Part shown: piece by piece, positions 14,198 through 25,577 of the stretch
Numbering within the stretch: position 1 is the stretch's first letter
Layout of the letters: each line of letters opens with the position of its first letter
Translations under genes and position numbers: made by a program
Assembly (NCBI RefSeq): GCF_037042905.1
Contig: NC_087252.1
Location: 16,494,001 to 16,558,000, forward strand
DNA length: 64,000 bases
Direction of reading: 5' to 3'
DNA from: Lytechinus pictus
Taxonomy: Eukaryota
The notes under the pieces: model-generated
The model's input: only the letters and a program-made list of their open reading frames with translations
The model's database searches: none
What the model was told of the DNA's origin: nothing

Positions 14198-15172
14198 GTA
14201 GGATTATACAACAGTATCAGATTGGTTATGATTTAATTCAAACAAATGTGCACTTGATCTAGATGTAATTGGCGTGTAACGTTAGTTTAGATTTATTTTT
14301 CCGTAGATCTAACTTCCTCAGGCCTAAATTTAAACGCAGTTACGGCACGCTATTAGGCCTAACTTAGATCCACGTCAAACTGCACTGTTACGATGGCGAT
14401 CGATCTGGACTTCATACATTAGACAAAAAAGGCAAAACTAAAAAAAAAAAAATTTGGTCTCTGTCATTGTTCCGCTGGACTCTGTTGCCTCCACTCACCA
14501 ATTGAGAAATAAGAAATTGAAAAAAAATGTGTAAAACCCCCTCGAAACAGCCGGCTGCTGCAGCTGTCTAAAAAAAGGTTAAAACTTCTTCACGTTGCAG
14601 TACACCTACCGTACGGTATACGGTACCGTACATTGTGTTGAGTTTGAACTTCTCGATACGGTACGATGCTGCAGGCGCAGTCGAGCTAGCCGCGCTCGCA
14701 CGCAGGCAGCGCTAGTCCGAACCTAAGTTGGCCAATATTAACAAATAAGTAATGACAATGTTCGTTTGCTAAGAAATTCAAGTGCATGCTGCTGATACAT
14801 GATTTTGGGGTTGAGTTCTGCTTCCTAACTCATGTGATGCAATGGCGACGTTTCATATGGCCCTAGCAGATTAACTCTCAAATACGGCACTGAGCATGCT
14901 CAGTACTGCTATATTACACTGAGCATGCTCAGTGCAGTGTTATAATAGTATGCTAGCTTCAGTTCATGATTTAATCCATGGACTAAAGTTAGCACCGGGG
15001 TATAACTCAGCCGTGGGTTAAATTTAGCCCCGGGTGCTAAAGTTAGTCCATGGATTAGTTAGTCCACCGTTTGTGAATAGCGCGGTGGACTAACTTTATA
15101 CCCCGGTATTAGTTAACCCCCGACTAAATTTAACCCCGGTATAAATTTAGTCGACCTTTGTGAATTCGGGCC

Positions 15173-15745
15173 ATAATGTTGTGTTTGAAAGGAGAAAAAT
15201 AAATAAAACAGAATGGTGAAAGTTTGAAAGAAATCGGACAAGCAGTAAGAAAGTTATGGCTGTTTTGAAATTGAGATCTCTAAGACTATGTAGATTTCAA
15301 ATTGGCAATTGGGTAAGTAAATTATGACAAGAGGCAAGGACAACTTTCCCATAGGCCATGTACTTTATTATCAGTGATTTGTGGTTTTCTCCCAAGTACC
15401 CATTCCCCCGGGGCTGTAATCTAAATATAGCCTAGGTAGTATATTGCTGTATGTCCTCATAAAAGAAAAATATGATTTGAAGTAAAACATTTGAAAAAAA
15501 TGTAATTTTAGTCACATTATGTATTGGAGTACATGGAAGAGTAGTCCTTGCCATACGTCACTTTGACATCACATTTGTTGCCAATTTGAAATCTCCATAG
15601 GTGTAGTGATTACCAATATTCACAACTTTTAAAAATTCATGACTTTCTTACTGTTTGTCCGATATTGTTCAAACTTTCACCTATCAACTTGTCTGATTTT
15701 CCTTTTTCCTCTAAAAGCAAGTTTTTATTTGGGTTGGATTCCCCC
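15173..15745. mobile_element. TTAA-target (Kolobok-like) MITE lacking its left terminus
   Basis: Aligns over its length with the complete copy at 40494-41088; right end GGGTTGGATTCCCCC-TTAA. Confidence 0.85.
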
Positions 15746-15850
15746 TTAACAACGTTCATCTGCGCTGTGCGTCCATATCATATCTAGGCTAGGCTAGGCG
15801 GCTCGGCTTGCAGCTCAAGAACAGTTATTACCGGTATGCCATCCAATAGT

Positions 15851-17377
15851 CAGTGGCGTAACAGGCGGGGGGGGGGCACTGGGGGGCAAGTTGCCCCCCC
15901 CCCCCCTGGCGGATTTCACCGGGGAAAAAAAACGGGAAAAGGAGGGAGAAAGAAAGGGAAAGGGAGAGGAAAGGGGAAAATGAAAGGAGGAAAGGGAAAG
16001 TGAAAAGAAAACATTATTATGGAAAAGGAATTAGGAAAGCGGGAAAGTGTACGAATGAAGAACAGTTGAGAAAGAACAAATCATTCCGAAATAGGCCTAT
16101 ATGTAATGCAATAGCACGGTGGGAAATAAATTAAAAGATGAGAAATTGGCAAACAATAGCGGGAAACGAAGGTAGAGAGTAATTATTTAGTCAAAAGCTA
16201 AATTGGAAAACAAAGAAAAGGGACAAGAAAAAATAATAACATGACCGGGCTGCCGGTGATTGAAATTAAAGAGCGGGAAGAAAGACGGACTGCATGCAAC
16301 ATTGTGCTATAAAAGCTTGCTATATTTCATGCAGATAAGCTACCGGGGCTTTGCCCCAGACCCCACGCAGTAGGGGCTCTTCATTTATAACCATCAAATG
16401 GCTCTATCACTGGCATACAGGCGGGGGTGGTCTGCATGGTTCCACACCCAAGAGAAAATAAAAGAAATTATGAAATCAATGGAAACAGTGAAATGTTTTA
16501 TTTGCTGATTATAATGGAAAAATCTATCAAATAATTAGAATTTAATTTCAATAGGCAAGTTTATTTTCCAGCTCGCTTTGCACGCTGGCGACTTTTCACA
16601 AATTTTTCCCACATTGCTATGTTTTGCCCCCTCAAAATATTTGGTTCATTACGCAACTGGGTTGAATAAATGTGTTGTGTAAAAGCTATATTCTGTATAT
16701 GCCCGCGATTTGTAGCGGCAATCTGCGAGGTTTAAATGGCTTTGATTTTAAGAAGTTCCGGGGGCTCCGCCCCGGATCCCAACCGCACAGCACTGCGTAT
16801 GGAAGGGTTCGGCCATGGCCCCGAAAAGTTCTACAGACAAGAACAAAAAAGGAAGAAAGAAAAGCAAAGGAAAAGTGTAGGATATGATTTTATTTACTGA
16901 ATGTAATGTAAAAAAATAGCTCAAAGTTAGATTCTCATAAAAAGGTGATTTTTTTCTCAGTCGCTTCGCTCGCTCGGGACTTATATATAGCAGCTTTTAG
17001 CACATCTGCTATACTGCTCCCCTGGTTTTTTTTTTCTTCGCGCTACTGCCACAAAGAATCCTGTTCACAGTGGCGTACAGACCACAAAAATGAATCTAAA
17101 GAGAGAAGAGTGAAATATATTATTTTCTGGATATCATGTCAAAATCTATCACAAAATTGAATTTTTGTCTTGAAAAGGTCAAAATTTTTGCTCGTTCGCT
17201 CGCAACTATTTTCAAAGATAAATTTTGCCCAATACGCAATATATGGCCTTCTCAAAATAGTCGCCTCATTACATCATAATTACGCCTGTTCATACCATGA
17301 TATGACCGGGAAATTTTTGGCTCTTGCGACACCCCCCCCCCCCCCCCCACTGGCCACCGACCCCTGTTACGCCGCTG
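15851..17377. mobile_element. Non-autonomous hAT-like element inserted in an older MITE
   Basis: TIRs CAGTGGCGTAACAGG / CCTGTTACGCCGCTG; exact TSD CCAATAGT at 15843-15850 and 17378-17385; the rejoined flanks resemble the uninterrupted sequence at 18690-18790. Confidence 0.9.
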
Positions 17378-17712
17378 CCAATAGTAACTTCCCTGAAATT
17401 TTTGTTTTTGATTGGCTGTCGAGGATTGTTGATGTGGTATTAGCGATTAATCATGGTATTTATTTCTTCTTTCGATTAGGCCTATTGTTGCACACACTTA
17501 AAATCTATGATGAGATCATATATACATGCAAAGAGGGGGGGGGGGGACCTTCAATGAACTGAGCTTGTCCCAAAAGGAGTACATGGCATGAAATTTTAAC
17601 AAGTTTAAGAGAGATTAAAGGTAAAAGTGACCTAGAAAAGAACTCCATGAAATTATGTGAGGGGTGAGGGAATATTTACAAAGGATATGAAATTCCACAC
17701 ATAGAAATAATT

Positions 17713-17915
17713 AAAAACGAATGATACCTCTTACTCTCTCTATCACAAAAGAAAAAAAAATGAAAACAAATAAATTAAATGATTAATTAATCAATTAAAA
17801 TAGATTGAAACAAATGATACCTCTGACTGTCTATATCACAAAAGAAAAAAAAACTGTAAACAAATAAATTAAATGAATAAAATACATTAATTAATCAATA
17901 TAAATAGATTGATAA
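17713..17915. repeat. Tandem direct duplication of ~95 bp
   Basis: AATGATACCTCT...TATCACAAAAGAAAAAAAAA...AAACAAATAAATTAAATGA occurs twice. Confidence 0.75.
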
Positions 17916-18014
17916 ATAAATTAATAATTGTATTAATATATAAGTAAATCATCAAATAAATTTCTGAAGAAGTAAATACATACACATTTTATTATTCTCT
18001 CTCCTTGTTTATTT

Positions 18015-18487
18015 GGAAAATAAATTGGAGGCCCCCCCACTCCAGCGCCGCCCATGATAATTCTCACCGGCCGGGGAAACAAGCCCCACGACCACGTTAT
18101 TTTCCATGATATAACAGTGCAAGGGGCCTCGATAACGAGTATACTAATAGCCGTCATCCGAGCCCCGCACACGTGCGAATGTTGGGAAAAGCGCATTGGA
18201 CGGGGCCAGTTTCGCGATTATCTTAGGATGCAAGCTTAATAATATACTCGTGATGTAGGCCCCGCTACTGTGTTGGAGTGTCTGAAGTGCCGTAGTGCGG
18301 GGCCTATATAACGATTATAGTATTATACTCGTGAAACAGGCCCCGCGAACGGACATTCTAAGCCATTCAACACAGCAGCGGGGCCTATATCACGAGTATG
18401 TATAGTGAGCTGAAGTTAGCAACCTAGATATTGAGGTATGATCGATTACAAGTTTTTCTCGAGCGGGGCCTATATCACGATTTTGCC
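18015..18487. mobile_element. Probable TIR DNA element built from repeated terminal motifs
   Basis: About seven copies of GCGGGGCCTATATCACGAGTATA-like motif in both orientations; right end CACGATTTTGCC; left end degenerate; no TSD seen. Confidence 0.55.
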
Positions 18488-21196
18488 AAAACCACAAGGA
18501 GCTTACCTGGGGGCGGTTTCTAAGAAAGACGACCAAGTTGAGCCATAAACAAGGCTTGAATTAAGTGTTTCTCTAATTAAGTTACTAGTCTAAGTCTAAC
18601 AAACGCCAGCCCTCCAGTCTCCTCAGCCCTCTACGTTCATCTGCATGAGGCAGGCCGGGATTCCCCCTTTAAAAAATACACAGGGGGGTTGCAGAAAAGT
18701 TAGTATTATGGTAACTTTGCCAGCCAATAGTAACAGCTCTGAAATCTTTGATTTTGATTGGCTTTCGAGAATTGTTGCCATGGTACCTTGCCCCGGGGAC
18801 CTCGACACGTCTATAGTACGGGGTCATGGATCATAATTGTCCCCTGCTTTCAGAATACGGATTTTATTGTAACTCTTAAGATACAAGAATATTTCTCTTA
18901 AGACAATTTTCATAATACGGCCCCAGCTTCATGCACAATTCAGTTAAAATTCCTAGGGTCCTGTGACACAAAAATTAGCGATTAATTGTACGCTTAATTG
19001 TCTTGATTGTACATTGTAGTCAATTAATGCAATCGATCGTAATATTTTACTATTGCCAAGCATTGTTACAGGCCCCATATGTCTCTATACACATGTATGT
19101 CCAATAAACCCATGAATCTCTATACTAACTTTCATTTTTTATAAGCTCTAACTATCAGCAGACTTAAAGCTCCAAACCCCTTGCCATATTCTTCAGACCT
19201 TCCCAATGCCCTCACCCCCTGGCTTCACTCCCCCCCCCCCCCCCCCTCTTCCTGTGTCTCTCACCGTTACACACGTACACACAGACCCTTTCTCTATAGC
19301 CCTCTCTCCAGCCCACTCTATATATGTGGATACACAATCATACACACACACACAGGCATATTTGTTTACAGATACAAGGCTGTACAAATACATACGTCAT
19401 GCACACACACCCGCACACACTCCTTTCTTCGATTTTTATTTCCCTTTCTCACGATGCAACGAGACAAGAATCACATTCACATCATAAATTTATCAGCTGT
19501 ATGAAACAGGTTTATTACAGAAGCATGCATCATCCTTAATATATAAAACTCTCTTTACAACAGTTTCATATACACTAAAATATTCCCAAGACAATATGAA
19601 ATTAATTTGGCAATGGGCCAGTTTCATAATGAATAAAACAAAGATATGGGGGATATTAAAAAAAAAATCATTACCAGTACTTTACATGAACACCATGTAG
19701 TTTGATTGCCTTTTGATAACTCTTGACAGGTGAAAGCTGAAAAATGACTTTTTACCTCTCCCCCCATAAAATGACAAATGTTTCAAAATATAACACACAA
19801 TTGAACCAGTTACTCCAATCCAATTTCCTTATTTTATTTTCTTTTTGGGGGAAGGGTAATAAAAACAAATCGTAAGATATAGTTCCTCACCTGTGATGAA
19901 GTCATTCCTATAAATTGTAATACTGTACCAAGACAATACTAAGAATAATAATTAAGGACTTATGACTATCCACCCAACAGTACTGCAGTCATTTCTCTGA
20001 TCATAATGGGATATTCACGAAGACATGCCTATAACTATTTCACCGGAATAATGCAAATATTAGTTGTGGTAACAAATGACAGCAGTGCTAAACAATTTTT
20101 TGTATAACAATACTTACTTAGACGGGGAAGGGGTTTACGGTAAAGTTTCATTAAAGTTTAAATTTGGCAATAAGTCGAAAAAAGATTACTGCTCGTAACA
20201 CACGACACTCCAAAATGAAATTGTAATTAAAAAAGTAAAACCCTGAATTCAGGCATAGTACTTGCTTTGCTAATTTCATTTCTACATCAGCATATCATGG
20301 ACTATAATAAAAAAAAAAACATTGCAATCGATTTGTGTCACTTCAGAACTTCTTCTTCTTCTGTGTTGAATTCCTCCGTTCACCGGAGAACTGCAAGCCT
20401 TTAGTTGCAGTACAGCATGGTAAAAATAATGAGCTATTAGTCACTGTTTGCAGCCGCTTGATCAACAAGGCGCTGTCTTGAGAAATGTATATCAAACACA
20501 AATTGAAGAGTAACAGGATGAAAGTCAGGAAACTGATACGAGACATTGCCAATGACACCAAGGAGGATAAGTCTGGTTCTTGCAACATGAAGATAGGAGT
20601 CTGTATTTGAAAAGCTTGAGAGCACTTTAATGGCATCCTCTGGAAAATGATTCAGAAGATTAGAACTGTGTACTGAATTTAAGCTTTTTAACACAAAGTT
20701 CAGCAATCGATCGTAGAAGAATCTGTCCGACTGATTGCATCAACTACAATGTACAATCGCACGATCACCGCCAAACTTTTATGAAACCCTAAACAGGCAG
20801 TATCCTCAAAGGGTTACTTCTTGATATGTTATTCAACATGAAAATACATGTTAGAAGATAAGACAAGTCGAACAGATTTAAAAGGTACAGAGAGATTAGA
20901 CTTGTGCAAGACTCATATGTAATTAAAAAATGATTTAACTTGTAGAGGTTTAACCCTGCTCTTAACTAGAATTTCAAACCTTACTTTTATGGAATGCTGG
21001 TTTCACAGTATTTCTTCCATATTCAATTCATGGCAGTTATAACATACCAACCGATTCAATATTCAATAGAACGATTATTTCTTCCCCAAATTTTGCCTGA
21101 ACGTGCAACACACAATGGGCGTTTCAGAAACAATAAATAAAATTCGACTGTAGTGTCACTTGCTTCCTTTTGCCAAAGTTGGGCAGTAAGTACTAT

Positions 21197-21310
21197 CAGT
21201 GGCAGACCGTGACCCGGAGGAGACAATTGATTGGAGGGGCACTGTATTGTTTGTGAACAATGCTGTGCCCCTCCAATGCTTTGTCTCCTCCGGGTCACAG
21301 TCCGCCACTG
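21197..21310. mobile_element. 114-bp foldback hAT-like MITE
   Basis: CAGTGGCAGACCGTGACCCGGAGGAGACAA...TTGTCTCCTCCGGGTCACAGTCCGCCACTG; flanks AGTACTAT / TGTACTAT (7 of 8 match). Confidence 0.85.
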
Positions 21311-21477
21311 TGTACTATGCACTTCATGTCATCGTGCCCGATTATGGTGTAAGGAATGTAAAAAAAAATTGCCTGCATTGACAGAAATCATCTTAAATAT
21401 GTAACTACTAGGATACGTCTTCGTTGATAAATGCATCATACCTGGTTCAGAGCAGTACATGTACGAATAGATATGTG

Positions 21478-21864
21478 CAGACTGCCAACCTCTGGGAATG
21501 AAAAATTGTATTCTGTGATAAAAAAAAGTGTATTTTTTCCCCCAAAAGTGTATTTAATAATAAAATGCGTGGCGCACTCGCTCATCGCGGGGCTCAAGCT
21601 GAATGCAAGCTAAAATGCGCACTGCTCTTGCAGATGGAAAAAAAAAACATTTAAACATGTGTATATCTCACCCTGGTTTTAACAAAATGATTGAAAAAAA
21701 AAACAAGTTACCTGAAATTACATTGACCTAATTACCATACCATACTTGTGTAAGTTTTATGAAATAAAGACATATAACGTATTTTTTAAAGAAAAAACGT
21801 ACTGCCGTATTTTGGTTGCAAAAACATACTAAATACGCCAAAAATGTACTGGTTGGCAGGTCTG
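21478..21864. mobile_element. TIR element remnant
   Basis: CAGACTGCCAACC ... GGTTGGCAGGTCTG termini; no clean TSD. Confidence 0.55.
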
Positions 21865-23099
21865 TAAGTGAAACATAAAGCATGGTGCCCAATGTAGTTT
21901 GGGATAATACAGGGGTCAATGAACACGATACATGATACTGGCATAGGGGTCAAATGTCACAATACTGACACGTTATACTTCAGTCTGCAGCATTATATCA
22001 ATCAGTGAAAAACAAAATGAAAGGCAAATATGAAAATAACCATTCTATTTAATGTGAAAAAAATAGAGTAGCTGGTGCAGCATACAAAATTATAGGCCTC
22101 ATCCTATACTTGCAAGGCTTATTAAGCAGATTGTGCAAGGCAGTAGTTAAACATATCAGCAATATACTCCACAAGAACTTTATAAAATTAAACTGATAAT
22201 CCTTAATCACTGCAAAAATATTTTCATACTTAAATTTCGATCGACACATTCGAGAAACAATATTAAAACTAAGAGGGCCCCCCGCATGCTTCCACGTATG
22301 TACAAACAACTGTACCAAAAATAAATTCACATACAACCGGTTTCCATTGCAAAGTTTGTTATTCAATAATTTTGAATAAACTTGTGATATTCTATTCTGA
22401 CTGGCTCAGCTGAGCGAGGTATATCTTGGTTTATATTCAGAATCCATTAACACACACAAACTAAAGATTGATTTACACGCGAGTAGAGACGGCTACTAAC
22501 CATTTGAAGATTAAAGGTGATGCGATCTACAAAAGAACACAATTTTGGCGTAGTCGGCCCAATAAAACAGGACATAAGCAATGTTGAAGCCCATGATTTG
22601 GGCAACACTGTACAAAGGTTACAAATCTATCATTTCAGAACAAGTTTACATAAATAGCAATTTAGGTAACCGGAGATGACACTAAAAATTGATAAAAAGA
22701 ATCTAAAAATCATCTAGGAATTACCTTTTTCCTACATAAAAATGCTTTTTTCCATGGCTGAAAATATGTTGAAAAGGTCCGCATTCATATAGTCTGAAAA
22801 ATGGCATCCTTGTTTAACAGTTGTAGAAATTCTACTCAACAGAACTAGTTGGCAGTTCTGTAGAATAGACAAATGTTAGGTTTATTTTGTACTTCTCCTC
22901 TATTCATTTAAGACATTGTTGAAGTTATATATCTTTCAAAAGATATTTAATTCATTTGATACAAATGCAACTTTTCTACACTAAATAGTAGTCTTTCAAA
23001 GACAGTCAAAGAAAATATAGGAGACAGAACAAACACAAACATACAAATCACAGTAACTGGTGAATTTGGTCGAGGTTTAGGTAAAGGAACATGTTCAGG

Positions 23100-24780
23100 C
23101 AAGGGTGCGTTTCACAAAAATAGCAAACACACACATATTTAGCACATAATCCGTATGGTTGTAGGGCGTGTCCTCTGACCAATGCGGTGATGCATTGTAT
23201 ACCACATGCAACCAAACATACTAGTACTAGTGCGATTTTTAGTCTGACTTGACTCTTTCTGAAATGCTTCCTAAGACAGTTTTGAATTAAATCGTCAGCT
23301 CGTCAAATTCACCAAAATGCTTGAATATGATTGGCAGAGAAATACTGGTGGGTGTTTCATAAAGGCTGTTGGTTAAGTTCAGAGCGGCTTTATGAGCAAC
23401 CGGTGACCCTTTCCTAGGAACTATAAAACCAACACCAATGAAAATTTGTTGTGTCATTTGCTACAAGAAAGGATCAGCAGTTCTTTGTAAAGCCGCTCTG
23501 AACTCACAAACAGCTTTATGAAATATCGTCCTGGTTTCTGAATGTTACTATGGCAACAGCCAAGGATGACCAACATGTCTGCGCTATTTACCTTCTTGAA
23601 TGGTGCCCGAGGCCAGCTCGCACAAAGCCTAACAATTGATGCATGGACTGACCACATGTACAATCGACGTTAGATCAATTGCTATTAAGCTCCATGTGAC
23701 AATGCACTGGGGGTGTTTTACTAGTTGAGTGTGACTAAACGCGGACACACACATGTATAACTGCAATCTTATTGATTTAATATGCAGGAGTGCTAATCCC
23801 CTTGAGCATGTTTTGACCATTTCGGTGATGCCTTTCACACTACATGAAAGTGGGGATTTAAGTGCAACTCTTACTCTAAAAGTCACATTCAAACCCTTGT
23901 GAAACACCCCCTAGATGACACTAACTATGCTGACCCTTTCCCCAACCTGCATGGCCAGGCACTCATAACACAAAACCTTGTGATTGGTGGCAGAACAAAA
24001 ACCATCAAAAGCAATTGTATCAACAATCACAAAGCTCTGAGGGCCAAGGTCCTCGATGCACCCAACATACAGACAAGAACAACTGTTGTCGAAGCCAATA
24101 ATCAAAAGCCACAAATGATACAATGGCCAACATTCAAAAGGGATACTCTGTAATAACTTTAACATTCAAATCAAGCTAAATTTGTACAAATTTACACCAC
24201 ACTTCCAAGTCACTTTCAGTCACCCATAATGTACATGAAACTTGAGGTTTGCTTGGTTATCAAGTAATTTCAGCACAGCTCAAAAATAAATAATGTTGTA
24301 AATTATTCTCTTAATATGCATTCATTGTCCCATTTGACAAAAGGGAGATGCAGACCATCGATATAAAACCCTGGATAGAGCTCGTTGTGTACTGTTGCAC
24401 ACACAGCCTTGAAGCTAGAGGAGAAATACTCCATGACACAATTAACAGTATATGGGGCTACACCAACATGCAAGAAACAACATGTGCTTTGAAGAAGTCT
24501 GCCTTATCCAGCCTTCTAGTTGTTCCACAATTAGCACAGTAGAAGCATTTCATTTCCAGACTACAACATGCAAAGTATGAATTATTGATGTCTTCCAGGG
24601 GAGTGTTTCACAAAGATTTAAGCCTGACTTTTTTTTAAAGTCGCACTTAAATTTCAGTTGCGTAAGGTATATAACGCAACACCGCATATCCATCAATTAG
24701 ATTATGTTTTAAATAAAATGTGCACATTGGCATTTATGCTGGACTCTAGGTCACACCATCTTTGTTAAACACCCCCAAGT
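23100..24780. mobile_element. Cluster of short degenerate Harbinger-type MITEs (about 23102-23272, 23347-23533, 23709-23912, 24598-24777)
   Basis: Each begins GGG..GTTTCA(C/T)AAA-like and ends TGAAACACCCC-like, with inverted internal arms; boundaries approximate. Confidence 0.55.
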
Positions 24781-25339
24781 AGAATTCCGCCTGGAATTCA
24801 ACAGATTAATGCGGTCCATGGAGATTGGACTTGTGTAGATTCAGTGTATACTAATATGCCATCCATACAAGTATACTTAGCACCGAAGCAGATTTGGTAT
24901 CAGGTCTATCATCTGAGTTACGCGAGCCCGTTTTTGGATTCATCAAGTCCAGAGATGCGATGTGACACAAGGAGGTTAGAAGGGCAGGACCAAGTCTTTG
25001 AATCAGATACACAATTCCAAACCACGTCGTAGAACCACAAAACCAGACTTGATTCCGTTGTCTGCCCAGAGAAATCCAATGTCTGCTCATGAGTAAATCA
25101 GCACAGGAATATTACCAGGTCCAGCATTGGTAAGATTTAGACCATAATAGGGTCTAGAACTTGGGAGACACTCCAGTTATTGGACCTATTAATAATGTGT
25201 CATCAGAAGTCTCTATTAAAGTAGGCCAGAGTCTGGATAAAGAGCTCTAGATATAAACCAGTTCCATCAATAAAGACCCACCAGTAGGTCCAAGTTGCTA
25301 TATAGAGGTCCATATATAGACCACTTCAGGGACCCATCA

Positions 25340-25577
25340 TTATAAGACTCTTAGTAGGCCAGCCATAAGAGCAGCACTTAGTCCAGCAGTGGCTGGAACA
25401 GTCACAATCCATGCTACGATGATGTTAGCAAACAGACGCCATTCTACCGTTGCTGCGGCTCTCACTTTACCTATAGCCACTACTGATCCAACCTTACAAT
25501 GCGTTGTACTGACTGGTATACCAATGTTAGACGCTAGAAGAACGGTAGCGGCGGCTCCTAGTTCTATACTGAAACCA
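25340..25577 (-). CDS. slc20a: SLC20 last coding exon (GFSIELGAA...[11 protein letters not shown]...LLRVL*)
   Basis: cattgcag|T acceptor; ends TAA followed directly by TGA. Confidence 0.95.

Larger units (their letters stand above)
4042..15172 (+). mobile_element. Decayed PIF/Harbinger DNA transposon (left terminus missing) with nested insertions
   Basis: Right end ...TTTGTGAATTCGGGCC (15172); matching subterminal repeat arrays (GGACTAAAGTTA, ACCGGGGTAT, TTCACAAAGGT) at 4042-4815 and 14970-15172; Harbinger transposase remnants inside. Confidence 0.8.

Noticed and set aside
13822..14262. Poly-Lys and poly-Phe ORFs
   Set aside because: Products of poly-T tracts inside a TSD-flanked MITE
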